A program made the position numbers and the translations under genes. Below are positions 17,134-26,165 of a DNA stretch of 38,726 nt, one piece after another. The DNA is from a virus (Duplodnaviria > Caudoviricetes), in IMG/VR virus record IMGVR_UViG_3300016654_000301, positions 1 through 38,726 of that record, one strand, 5' to 3'. Each line of letters begins with the position of its first letter. Position 1 is the stretch's first letter. Below the pieces are notes generated by a model. It ran no database searches and was not told the DNA's origin. It saw only the letters and a list, made by a program, of their open reading frames with translations.

Positions 17134-18405
17134 ATGTTTTTCTCAAGCGTGCTCGGCGAAGGGCACGGCACTCTCACAAACCCGGACAGCGGATTCTGGC
17201 GCGGCCTCATCGGCAGCGGCCGCAACAGCTCGGGAGTTACAGTCACACCCGAGTCCGCGCTGGGCCTGCCCATCCTGCAGAACTGCGTCACGCTGCTGGC
17301 GGAAACCATGGGGCAGTTGCCCTGTGAGATGTACCGCCGGCAAGACAAAGGGCAGCGGGAACCGGCGATCAATCATCCGGCCTATGACGTCCTGCGGTAC
17401 CAGCCCAACGGATTCCAGACCCCGTATGAATACCGGGAATGCACCCAGCTCGCGGCGGGCCTGCGGGGCAACGGTTACAGCTTCATCGACCGTCGCGACG
17501 ACGGCAACGTCATCGGCCTGTGGCCGTTGTGCAATAACAAGGTGCAGGTGCTAAAAGGTGCCGACCTGCTGCCGTACTACCGCATTGGCGCGAGCGAAGC
17601 GCTGCCGATGCGCATGATCCACCACGTGCGCTGGGTCAGCACGAATCACTACGTCGGCCTTTCCCCGATCGAAGTGCACGCGGACTCACTGGGGCTCGCC
17701 CAGGCCGTCCGGCAATACACGGGCAAGAGTTTCGCCAACGGCGTGACCGTATCCGGCGTGATCGAGCGCCCCCGTGAAGCTCCGTCGATCAAGGATCAGG
17801 GCAGCATCGACAAGATCGTTGATCAGTGGGGCCAGAAGTTCGGCGGCATGGACAATGCCAAGAAGGTCGCGCTGTTGCAGGAGGGCATGACGTTCAAGCC
17901 AGTGTCGATGAACAACGTGGACGCCGAGGTGCTTGGCATCCTCAAAACCACCGGCACCGATATCGCCCGGATCTACAAAATCCCGCTGCCCATGGTCAAC
18001 GACCTGGAAAAGTCGAACTACAACACCCTCGAACAACTGATGATCCAGTTCGTGGTGTTCGCGTTGCTGCCGTGGGTCAAGCGCCACGAACAGGCAATGA
18101 TGCGCGACTTCCTGCTGCCCAAGGACCGCCGCGAGTACTTCATCGAGTTCAACCTGTCGGGCCTGTTACGTGGCGACCAGAAGAGCCGCTATGAAGCTTA
18201 TGCCATCGGCAGGCAGTGGGGCTGGCTCAGCGTCAACGACATCCGGCGCTTGGAGAATATGCCGCCAGTGCCTGGTGGCGATATCTACCTGCAACCCCTG
18301 AACATGGTGGATGCAGGCAAACCGAGCGGCGATCTGACCAACCCTCAAGTACGAGCGCAGCTCGAACTCCAGCAAGCTGAAATCGGAAGGATTCTTGCCC
18401 AATGA
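17134..18405 (+). CDS. Portal protein, HK97 family
   Basis: PNGFQT, GNGY, GLSPI, IARIYKIP, LLRGD, SVNDIRRLEN; AAGGAGG SD. Confidence 0.96.
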   Translation: MFFSSVLGEGHGTLTNPDSGFWRGLIGSGRNSSGVTVTPESALGLPILQNCVTLLAETMGQLPCEMYRRQDKGQREPAINHPAYDVLRYQPNGFQTPYEYRECTQLAAGLRGNGYSFIDRRDDGNVIGLWPLCNNKVQVLKGADLLPYYRIGASEALPMRMIHHVRWVSTNHYVGLSPIEVHADSLGLAQAVRQYTGKSFANGVTVSGVIERPREAPSIKDQGSIDKIVDQWGQKFGGMDNAKKVALLQEGMTFKPVSMNNVDAEVLGILKTTGTDIARIYKIPLPMVNDLEKSNYNTLEQLMIQFVVFALLPWVKRHEQAMMRDFLLPKDRREYFIEFNLSGLLRGDQKSRYEAYAIGRQWGWLSVNDIRRLENMPPVPGGDIYLQPLNMVDAGKPSGDLTNPQVRAQLELQQAEIGRILAQ

Positions 18406-19346
18406 AAAACTACCTGCGAGCCTCCAGCCTGCTGTTCAATCAGCCGCTGCTGGTGCTGCCCGACATGCTGGATCTTGGCGTGCGCTGGGCCAACCAGGCA
18501 ATGAGCCTGAACATTGTCAACATCGGCGCCAAGCAAGGCCCGGCCATCTGGGACGATGACGGTATTGACCGTATCGCACAGCGTGAAGAAGAGCGCCGAA
18601 CTGCCATTGCTCGAACCGGGATCGAGGTGATTCCCGTAAGCGGTGTTCTGGTCAGCCGTGGCAGTCATATCAGCATGTGCGAAACGATGACCAGCTACGA
18701 ATCACTCCGGGCGCAGTTGCGCAACGCGGTGGCGGATCCGATGGTTGAACGCATCGTGCTGGACATCGACAGCCCGGGCGGTTCCGCCGTCGGCGCTTTC
18801 GAACTGGCCGCCGATATCCGCGCCATGGCCCAGCAAAAGCCCATCACCGGCATCGTCAATTTCATGGCCTACAGCGGCGGCTATTTGCTGGGATCGGCGT
18901 GTAGCGAGCTGGTGGTGAGCCAGACCAGCGGCGTCGGCTCGATCGGCGTCATCGCCAGTCACATGGACCGCTCAAAGCAGGAAGAGGGCTTGGGCGTCAA
19001 GGTGACCACGGTGTATGCCGGGGCTCACAAGAACGACCTCAGTCCTCACGAACCCTTGAGCGAACAGTCGCTGCAGTACCTGAACGATGTTGTTCAAGAG
19101 AGCTACCAGCTCTTCGTCAACGCCGTGGCGGAGTATCGCGGGCTGTCCGTGCAACAGGTCATTGCCACCGAGGCTGGGCTGTATCGAGGACAGGCCGGGA
19201 TCAACGCCGGTCTTGCCGACCGGATGCAGAGTCCGCAACAGGCTGTTGATGACCTGTCTCAATCCATCGCATTGAGCCGCGCAGGCCGCCAGTCCGGTCG
19301 CTTGTCCGTCCGCGCAGCCGCACTGAATCTTCAAACCCAGATCTGA
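18402..19346 (+). CDS. Head maturation protease, S49 family
   Basis: LDIDSPGG, AYSGGY, GVGSIGV, AGLAD. Confidence 0.93.
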   Translation: MKNYLRASSLLFNQPLLVLPDMLDLGVRWANQAMSLNIVNIGAKQGPAIWDDDGIDRIAQREEERRTAIARTGIEVIPVSGVLVSRGSHISMCETMTSYESLRAQLRNAVADPMVERIVLDIDSPGGSAVGAFELAADIRAMAQQKPITGIVNFMAYSGGYLLGSACSELVVSQTSGVGSIGVIASHMDRSKQEEGLGVKVTTVYAGAHKNDLSPHEPLSEQSLQYLNDVVQESYQLFVNAVAEYRGLSVQQVIATEAGLYRGQAGINAGLADRMQSPQQAVDDLSQSIALSRAGRQSGRLSVRAAALNLQTQI

Positions 19347-19367
19347 CCGCGTTCGCGGCAGTCACCG

Positions 19368-19393
19368 AAACCCGCCCTGTGCGGGTTTTTTCA
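19368..19393 (+). terminator. Terminator-like hairpin before the capsid gene
   Basis: AAACCCGC-CCTGT-GCGGGTTTTTT. Confidence 0.6.
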
Positions 19394-19408
19394 TGCCCAG
19401 GAGGCAAC

Positions 19409-20740
19409 ATGTCCCAAGTACTTCAGTTGCGTAGCGAACGCGCGAAGATCAACGAATCGATCCAGGCACTGGCCAAGCTCGAAACCGACGGCGAAACGCT
19501 GACGGCCGAACAATTGGCCCAGTTCGCCAGCCTGGAAGCGGAGTTCAATGCACTGACCGACAAGATCAGTCGCGCAGAGCAGGCCGAGCGCATTGCTGCC
19601 GCGAGCGCGGTACCCGTCAGTGAGTCTGCTCAAGGTCGCACCGGTCCGCCGCATGGTCGTATGCACGGCCATATTCATGGCGGCGGCCCGGCAGGAGCGC
19701 CAGGTGTGGGGATGGCCCAGATGGTTCGTCTGCTTGCTGCTGCCGGCGGGAATCAACACCAAGCCGCTGAAATGGCGAAGCAGGGTGGTTTCTCTACCGA
19801 TGTCTCCATGGCGCTCAGCACCGTAACGCCCGGTGCCGGTGGTGTGTTGGTACCAACGAACTTCGCTACCGAAATCATCGAAGCGCTGCGCCCGATGTCC
19901 GTTGTTCGCAAGATGGGCGCCCGTAGCCTGCCGCTGAACAATGGCAACCTGACCCAACCCCGCATTACCGGCAACACCGTCGTCACCTACATCGGCACCG
20001 AAACCGATATTCCGCTGACCGGAATGACGTTCTCGGACACGAAGCTGTCTGCGAAAAAGGCTGCGGCGATTGTGCCTATTTCCAACGACCTGATTGCGAA
20101 CGCGGGCGTCAGCCCACGAATCGACGAAATTGTCGTTGCTGACCTGGCGGTGTCCATGGGGCTGTCGGAGGATCTGCATTTCATCCGCGCAGACGGTAGC
20201 GGTTCTCTGCCCAAGGGCATGCGTTACTGGGCGCAGTCGTTCAACGTTCTGCCTGCGCCGGCAGTGGACACCATCACCCTGGAGAAGATCGACCTGTTCT
20301 GTGGCGGCATGATGCTCCGCCTGGAAACCGCGAACGTGATGATGAAGGACTGCGGATGGCTGATGCACCCTCGCGTTTTCCGCTGGTTGCAGTCGTTGCG
20401 TGATGGCAACGGCAACAAGGCCTATCCGGAAATCGAGCAAGGCTTGTTCAAGGGCTATCCGGTTGGTTTGAGCAACCAGATCCCGGTCAACCTTGGCGCC
20501 GGTGGCGACGAGACCGAATTCTACTTCGTCAACTTCGCAGACATGATGATCGGCGAAGACATGGATCTGACGATCTCCTTCAGTAATGAGGCTTCCTACA
20601 AAGACGCCGAAGGCAACATGGTCAGCGCGTTCCAACGTGACCAGACCCTGGTCAAAGTGATTGCCAAACACGACTTCGGCCCGCGTCACGTCGAGTGCAT
20701 CGTCGTTGCCATCAACGTCAAGTGGGGCGCCGGCATGTAA
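19409..20740 (+). CDS. Major capsid protein, HK97 fold, with N-terminal coiled-coil delta domain
   Basis: GGVLVP, WLMHP, LRDGNG, GYPV, AFQRD. Confidence 0.95.
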   Translation: MSQVLQLRSERAKINESIQALAKLETDGETLTAEQLAQFASLEAEFNALTDKISRAEQAERIAAASAVPVSESAQGRTGPPHGRMHGHIHGGGPAGAPGVGMAQMVRLLAAAGGNQHQAAEMAKQGGFSTDVSMALSTVTPGAGGVLVPTNFATEIIEALRPMSVVRKMGARSLPLNNGNLTQPRITGNTVVTYIGTETDIPLTGMTFSDTKLSAKKAAAIVPISNDLIANAGVSPRIDEIVVADLAVSMGLSEDLHFIRADGSGSLPKGMRYWAQSFNVLPAPAVDTITLEKIDLFCGGMMLRLETANVMMKDCGWLMHPRVFRWLQSLRDGNGNKAYPEIEQGLFKGYPVGLSNQIPVNLGAGGDETEFYFVNFADMMIGEDMDLTISFSNEASYKDAEGNMVSAFQRDQTLVKVIAKHDFGPRHVECIVVAINVKWGAGM

Positions 20741-20788
20741 TCCAGCGGCCCCGCCTCGGCGGGGCTTTGCATATCTGAGGGATGAGTG

Positions 20789-21079
20789 ATGACTGAAAAA
20801 ACAGTAGTGCGATTTTTGAAGGCTTGGCGCGGGTATTCGGCAGGTGAGCTGGCGGGCTTCGATGAGCCGGTTGTCGAGGGTTTGGAGTCCAAAGGTTTTG
20901 CCGAAATCTATAAAGGCGATGGCGAGCCGACCACGAAGGCAAAGTCCGGGAAAGGGAAAACCCAGAAAGGTGGCGGTTCCACCCCCGGTAATGCCAACAC
21001 CAATGTTGAAGCGGGCACTGGAACAGGTACCGAAACTGGCGCTGGCGCTGGTACCGATCCCGACGACGAGAAACCCTAA
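20789..21079 (+). CDS. Small head-associated hypothetical protein with low-complexity G/T/K tail
   Basis: 96 aa, immediately after the capsid gene. Confidence 0.7.
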   Translation: MTEKTVVRFLKAWRGYSAGELAGFDEPVVEGLESKGFAEIYKGDGEPTTKAKSGKGKTQKGGGSTPGNANTNVEAGTGTGTETGAGAGTDPDDEKP

Positions 21080-21082
21080 GCC

Positions 21083-21634
21083 ATGGCCCGTCGAATCGAG
21101 TACTTCGGCGATCCAGTTCTGACGCTGGAGCAAGTAGCGTTCCAGTGTCGGCTGGAACCTGAGGACATGGAGCCGGGGCTGATTCGCGACATCATCATCC
21201 CCGGTGTCACGACTCAGTGTGAATCCAAAACCGGAGCGGGTATTCGCGGGGCGATCTACGAAGAGGACTGGCCCGTTGCGTTCCCTTCAGGGCACGCACT
21301 GGACATCGGGCAGGCGACCGAAGTTATTTCGATCAAGGTCCGGCAGCCTGATGGCACGTGGATCGACCACACTGGCCCGGTTGATCTCGAACAGGGCCAG
21401 CGCGAAAGCTTCGTATCGTTCCCGGCGGGACGGCCTGCTGGCGTCCTGCGGATCCGGTACAAGGCCGGGACTGATCTTGATCTTCACCCGGGTGTCCGCA
21501 ACTGGCTGCTGATGGCGGCGGCTACGATTCATCGGCACCCGGAAATGTTCCTTGTAGGTCAGTCCCTGTCAGAGCTCCCGTCCGACTTCCTTGACCACCT
21601 GGTGGCCGAGATCACCGTACCGCCGAGGTTCTAA
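21083..21634 (+). CDS. Head-tail connector (gp6-like)
   Basis: PVLTLEQV...IRYKAG...WLLM; synteny. Confidence 0.8.
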   Translation: MARRIEYFGDPVLTLEQVAFQCRLEPEDMEPGLIRDIIIPGVTTQCESKTGAGIRGAIYEEDWPVAFPSGHALDIGQATEVISIKVRQPDGTWIDHTGPVDLEQGQRESFVSFPAGRPAGVLRIRYKAGTDLDLHPGVRNWLLMAAATIHRHPEMFLVGQSLSELPSDFLDHLVAEITVPPRF

Positions 21635-21636
21635 CC

Positions 21637-21999
21637 ATGGCCTACCGCGAACCGAGCGCCGGTGAACTGGATCGGCGGATTACGCTCAGGCTCCGCACGG
21701 ATGCCCCGGCGCCGGATCAAGGCCTTGACTCAATCTTCACCGACGAGAAAAAGCGTTGGGCGAAGATCGAGCCAGTCGGTACCGCCGTTTACACAGCCGG
21801 TGTTCAAACCGATGTGAAGATCACCCACCGGGTGACGTTCTACTACCTCAAGGGGGTAAGTGATGCTCATGAGGTCGTGCACGGAGGCATCATCTATCGG
21901 GTACGACGGGTCGCCGATATGAACGGAACCCGTCGCTTCACCATTCTGGAAGTCGAAGAACTCGGGCCGCTAAAGCCTAAAGGTGGAATCTATGGCTAA
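21637..21999 (+). CDS. Head closure protein (SPP1 gp16-like)
   Basis: AGELDRRIT, WAKIEP, THRVT. Confidence 0.88.
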   Translation: MAYREPSAGELDRRITLRLRTDAPAPDQGLDSIFTDEKKRWAKIEPVGTAVYTAGVQTDVKITHRVTFYYLKGVSDAHEVVHGGIIYRVRRVADMNGTRRFTILEVEELGPLKPKGGIYG

Positions 22000-22513
22000 C
22001 TCCGCATCGGTCGAAAGTTACCTTCACGTCGAGGGCTTCGAAGATTTCGAGCGTGAAGCGTTCGACAAAAAGAAGATCCGTGCCGGGATGCGCAAGGCCG
22101 GTTTGCTGGTGACCCAGCACGCGCAAATGAACCTGGTGCTGGGCAAGGGACGGCAGGGCTACCCAGTCAACCGAACCGGTGAGACCGTCAGCTCCATCAA
22201 GTTCAAGGTGTCGCGCTCCGGCTTCCTGGTCAAGATTTCCCCGACCCTCACGCCTGCAATGGGCGAGTTTTATCCGGCCTACCTTTTCTACGGTGTGAAA
22301 CAAGGCCGAAAGCCCCAGAAGCTCGCGCCCGGCAAAGGCATCGGGCGCAAGAATCGACGGCAGGCAGGCGTTCGTGCGCGACTGGTCGCCGAACGGGCGG
22401 CGGGGGAATGGCGGATCAAACCGCACGACAACTACATGGCTGACGCGCTTCAGGATTCATCCGAGCAAGTTCGGTCAATCCTGTTCACGGCGTTTGCAGC
22501 GGCGCTGTCATGA
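21992..22513 (+). CDS. Neck/tail completion protein (HK97 gp10-like)
   Basis: Basic protein with P..RTG...SI and FYPAYLFYG; synteny. Confidence 0.7.
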   Translation: MANSASVESYLHVEGFEDFEREAFDKKKIRAGMRKAGLLVTQHAQMNLVLGKGRQGYPVNRTGETVSSIKFKVSRSGFLVKISPTLTPAMGEFYPAYLFYGVKQGRKPQKLAPGKGIGRKNRRQAGVRARLVAERAAGEWRIKPHDNYMADALQDSSEQVRSILFTAFAAALS

Positions 22514-22587
22514 TCCGCTGGCGGCGTAGAGGGCATTCTCCAGTGTTTTTGAGATAGGCTTGCTGCTCTGTTAACAGGGAGTTACCT

Positions 22588-22983
22588 ATGAAAGCGTTGA
22601 GTTTGATTGCCTCCGTCGTCATGTCCGTATCCGCGATTACTGCGCATGCTGTAGAAGCTGCGCGGGAAGCCCCCAGTGCTGCTATCGATCGCATCACCCT
22701 CATCTATCTGAACCACAAGATCTACCCCAACGGTTCTGTCGAGTGTGATTCGAAAGTGATTGGCAACCGCTCGATGATTGGGTGCTGGAACCTGACACTG
22801 AACGGTAAGAGCGCGCCGCACATCTGGCTCTATGAAGCCAATAAATTCCAGTCAGTGAACGGAAGCGCCCGCCAGTTGGCGGAAGGGAAGTTTTCCAAAG
22901 AGTCAGATGTAACCGTCGTGAAGCTTCCTTTGCCAAGCGACATCAATGTTGGTTCGGCGGTGGAGGCCTTCACCAAAGGCTGA
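22588..22983 (+). CDS. Moron: exported protein with Sec signal peptide
   Basis: MKALSLIASVVMSVSAITAHA signal; two Cys residues; own terminator. Confidence 0.75.
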   Translation: MKALSLIASVVMSVSAITAHAVEAAREAPSAAIDRITLIYLNHKIYPNGSVECDSKVIGNRSMIGCWNLTLNGKSAPHIWLYEANKFQSVNGSARQLAEGKFSKESDVTVVKLPLPSDINVGSAVEAFTKG

Positions 22984-22996
22984 TCCCCGTTCCGTG

Positions 22997-23027
22997 AAAA
23001 AGCCTCGCACTCGCGAGGTTTTTTTAT
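22997..23027 (+). terminator. Intrinsic terminator after the moron
   Basis: AAAAAGCCTCGC-ACTC-GCGAGGTTTTTTT. Confidence 0.8.
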
Positions 23028-23043
23028 GCCCGGGAGTTGATCA

Positions 23044-23634
23044 ATGAAGTTGAATCCGATTGTTGCCCATCTCAAGGCGACGTGCCCGACTTATGCCGGG
23101 CGGGTCGCAGCCGGTATCGATTGGGACGCTGTTGCGGAGACTGCCAAGCTGCCAATGCCGGCGGCATACGTGATCGCAGCAGCGGATGCCGCAGCGCCAA
23201 GCAAGGCACAGAACGCGGTGATACAGGAAGTCACAGACCAGTTTGCCGTGGTGGTTGTACTGGACGCCGGGGATGAACGCGGGCAAGAGGCCAATGATCA
23301 GTTGCATGACTTGCGTGCAGAACTATGGCGCGCTCTGGTGGGTTGGAAGCCTGGCCCGGAGTACACGCCGATCGAATACGACAAAGGCACGCTGGTTTTC
23401 ATCAGTCGTGCCCGAGTCATCTACCAATACCTCTTCACCGCCGAATTCCAGATCGGCCGCAATCGATCGGACCAACCTCCAGAGACCTGGCACGAACTGG
23501 AGCTAGATGGTCTGGCCAACTTCACGGGCGCGAACATCCGGATGGATTGCATCGACCCGGCAGACCCCAACCTGAAACGCCCCGGCCCGGACGGGCGCAT
23601 CGAAGTCCAATTCACTGGAGACGTAAAACCATGA
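23044..23634 (+). CDS. Tail terminator protein (Mu gp37-like)
   Basis: PAAYVI, ELWRALVGW, DPADPN..GPDGRIE. Confidence 0.8.
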   Translation: MKLNPIVAHLKATCPTYAGRVAAGIDWDAVAETAKLPMPAAYVIAAADAAAPSKAQNAVIQEVTDQFAVVVVLDAGDERGQEANDQLHDLRAELWRALVGWKPGPEYTPIEYDKGTLVFISRARVIYQYLFTAEFQIGRNRSDQPPETWHELELDGLANFTGANIRMDCIDPADPNLKRPGPDGRIEVQFTGDVKP

Positions 23635-23837
23635 CCAAGCGCATCACTGTGGCGCCGGCCGCTGGCCGCTCTGTGCCCGACCCGGAGGCGGGTGACCTGT
23701 TGCCTGTTGAGGGTCGGGAAGTCCCCGACAATGCCTGGTGGCGCCGTCGCCTGGCAGACGGTGATGTCACCACCAAGCCCGCCAAAGCTCCATCCACCAA
23801 AGCCGTCGCAGCGGCGCAACCCGAGGACGGCAAATAA
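23631..23837 (+). CDS. DUF2635 protein (Mu gp38-like)
   Basis: PAAGRSVPDP..G.LLP.EGREV...WWRRRLADGDV. Confidence 0.85.
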   Translation: MTKRITVAPAAGRSVPDPEAGDLLPVEGREVPDNAWWRRRLADGDVTTKPAKAPSTKAVAAAQPEDGK

Positions 23838-25333
23838 TGGCCATCGGATTCAGCAACATTCCCGTCGATATCCGGGTACCGCTGTTCTACGCGGAGATGG
23901 ATAGCTCGGCTGCAAACACCGCATCATCGGCCATGCGCCGGCTGATCGTCGGCCAGGTCAACGATGATGCCACCAGCGAGAGCATCGGCAAGCTGGTGCT
24001 GGTCTCCAGTGTCGCTCTGGCCAAGAGCATTGGCGGTCAAGGTTCTATGCTCGCCGCGATGTACGAAACCTGGCGAAAGGCTGACCCGATTGGCGAAGTC
24101 TGGTGTCTGCCTTTGCAGAATGAAACCGGCGAGACGGCATCAGCGACTGTGACTATTGCCGGTACCGCAACTGAAGGCGGTCTGCTGAACCTGTATGTCG
24201 GTGGTGTCCGTGTGCAATCGGTGGTTCCGGCGGCAGCGGCAGCGGCTGCGGTGGCCTCTGCGTTGGCAGTGAAGATCAATGCAAGTCCAGACCTCCCCGT
24301 GACCGCCACTGCGGCACTGGGTGTGGTCACGTTGACCTGTAAGTGGACGGGTGAAAGTGGCAACGACATCGGCATTGTTTTGAATCGTCTGGGCAAATCG
24401 AACGGTGAGGCAACCCCGGCGGGGCTGACGGTCACGGCCACCGCGATGTCGGCGGGTGTCGGCGCGCCTGACGCTGTGGACGCGATCGCCGCCCTGGGTG
24501 ATGAACCGTTCGAGTTTCTGTGCCAGCCCTGGTCGGATACCACCACGCTCAATGCCTGGCGCGATGCGATGGATGACAACACCGGGCGCTGGAGCTGGGC
24601 CAAACAATTGTTCGGCCACGTCTACAGCGCCAAGCGCGGTACCGTCGGCACTCTGGTTGCAGCCGGTCAGGTGCGCAACGATCAGCACATGACCATTCAG
24701 GGCGTCGAGGCCGGTGTACCACAACCGGTCTGGGTGGTCGCCGCTGCTCTGGCGGCCCGTACGGCGGTCTTCATCTCTGCCGATGCCAGCCGACCAACCC
24801 AGAGCGGCAGCATGCCGGGGCTGGATCCGGCGCCGGCCAGCGATCGCTTTACTCTGACCGAACGCCAGTCGCTGCTGAGCTACGGTATCGCTACCGCGTA
24901 CTTCGAAGGCGGTTATGTACGCATTCAGCGTTCGATCACCACCTACCAGAAGAATGCCTATGGCCAGGCGGACAACTCCTACCTGGACAGCGAGACCATG
25001 CACCAGTCGGCCTTTATCGTCCGGCGTATGCAAAGCGTGATCACCAGCAAGTACGGACGCCACAAGCTGGCCAGTGACGGTACCAACTTCGGCGCCGGCC
25101 AGCCCATCGTCACGCCGAGCACCATTCGTGGCGAGTTGATTGCGCAGTATGCGAAGCTCGAAAGGGAAGGGCACGTAGAAAACGCCGAGCTGTTCGCTGA
25201 ACACTTGATTGTTGAGCGCGACAGTAATGATCCGAGCCGCGTCAACGTGCTGTTCCCACCGGACTACATCAACGGCCTGCGCATCTTCGCGCTGTTGAAC
25301 CAGTTCCGCCTTCAGTACGACGCTGCGGCGTAA
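23837..25333 (+). CDS. Contractile tail sheath (Mu gpL-like)
   Basis: IPVDIRVPLFYAE, GSMLAAMY, ITTYQKNAYG..D.SYLD. Confidence 0.95.
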   Translation: MAIGFSNIPVDIRVPLFYAEMDSSAANTASSAMRRLIVGQVNDDATSESIGKLVLVSSVALAKSIGGQGSMLAAMYETWRKADPIGEVWCLPLQNETGETASATVTIAGTATEGGLLNLYVGGVRVQSVVPAAAAAAAVASALAVKINASPDLPVTATAALGVVTLTCKWTGESGNDIGIVLNRLGKSNGEATPAGLTVTATAMSAGVGAPDAVDAIAALGDEPFEFLCQPWSDTTTLNAWRDAMDDNTGRWSWAKQLFGHVYSAKRGTVGTLVAAGQVRNDQHMTIQGVEAGVPQPVWVVAAALAARTAVFISADASRPTQSGSMPGLDPAPASDRFTLTERQSLLSYGIATAYFEGGYVRIQRSITTYQKNAYGQADNSYLDSETMHQSAFIVRRMQSVITSKYGRHKLASDGTNFGAGQPIVTPSTIRGELIAQYAKLEREGHVENAELFAEHLIVERDSNDPSRVNVLFPPDYINGLRIFALLNQFRLQYDAAA

Positions 25334-25351
25334 CGCTGACCCTGAGCACCC

Positions 25352-25375
25352 AGCCCGCCCCGTGCGGGCTTTTTC
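25352..25375 (+). terminator. Terminator-like hairpin between sheath and tube
   Basis: AGCCCGC-CCCGT-GCGGGCTTTTT. Confidence 0.55.
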
Positions 25376-25393
25376 ATTCTGGAGACAAAGACC

Positions 25394-25741
25394 ATGGGCG
25401 AAAAAGTAGCCGGCACCGCGTACGTCAAGGTGGACGGGACCCAACTGACAATCAGCGGGGGCGCGGAAGCTCCCCTGATGGGCGTGAAACGGGAGACGGT
25501 TTATCCCGGATTCTACAAGGAAGAGGCACTTGCCCCGAGCTTGAAGATGACAGCGATTTTGTCGCAGGGCTTCCCGATCAAGATGCTGGCCAACGGGCGC
25601 GACATGACCGTCACCTGCGAATTCGCGAACGGGAAGGTGTACGTCCTTTCGGGCGCCTATCTCGTCGATGAGCCCTCGGCAAAGGGCGACGACGGTACGA
25701 CTGAACTGCAATTCGACGGTGTGAATGGGAGTTGGCAATGA
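25394..25741 (+). CDS. Tail tube protein (Mu gpM-like)
   Basis: VAGTAYVKVDG, FANGKVYVLSGA. Confidence 0.9.
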   Translation: MGEKVAGTAYVKVDGTQLTISGGAEAPLMGVKRETVYPGFYKEEALAPSLKMTAILSQGFPIKMLANGRDMTVTCEFANGKVYVLSGAYLVDEPSAKGDDGTTELQFDGVNGSWQ

Positions 25742-26034
25742 GTGATTCAGTGAAGCTGCAGGTTGCAATCGAGGCCCACGGCGAGCCGGTGACTGAACTG
25801 ACCATGCGCCGGCCAACGGTGCAGGAAGTCCGGACCATCAAGGCCTTGCCTTACAAGATCGACAAAAACGAAGAAGTCAGCCTGGACATGGACGTAGCCG
25901 CCAAATACATCGCCGTCTGCGCCGGGATCCCGCCGTCGTCGGTCAACCAGCTGGATCTGGCCGACCTCAATGCGCTGAGCTGGGCGGTGGCCAGTTTTTT
26001 CATGAGTGCGGCGTCGAGTCCATCGGCGACCTGA
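25738..26034 (+). CDS. Tail assembly chaperone (FluMu gp41-like)
   Basis: ELTMRRPTV, IPPSSVNQLDLAD; lies between tube and tape measure. Confidence 0.88.
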   Translation: MSDSVKLQVAIEAHGEPVTELTMRRPTVQEVRTIKALPYKIDKNEEVSLDMDVAAKYIAVCAGIPPSSVNQLDLADLNALSWAVASFFMSAASSPSAT

Positions 26035-26165
26035 TTGCCGTTGCGTATGACCTCGCGTGGTTCTGGAAAACCGATCCGGAACTGATGCTGGCGCGGCCAC
26101 TCGATGTGCTCCGTGAGGCCATGGAGCACGCCCAGAGGATCAACAAACTTCAGCAGGTGCAGTGA
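25995..26165 (+). CDS. -1 frameshift extension of the tail chaperone (G-T-like)
   Basis: Slippery T TTT TTC at 25995-26001; -1 frame open to TGA 26163-26165, which overlaps the tape-measure ATG. Confidence 0.75.
   Translation, partial: FFHECGVESIGDLIAVAYDLAWFWKTDPELMLARPLDVLREAMEHAQRINKLQQVQ

Noticed and set aside
19391-21133. 580-aa minus-strand ORF (and similar 24140-25816, 26962-28002, 9567-10355)
   Set aside because: Antisense shadows of well-supported structural or replication genes, expected with GC-biased codon usage; no recognisable motifs.
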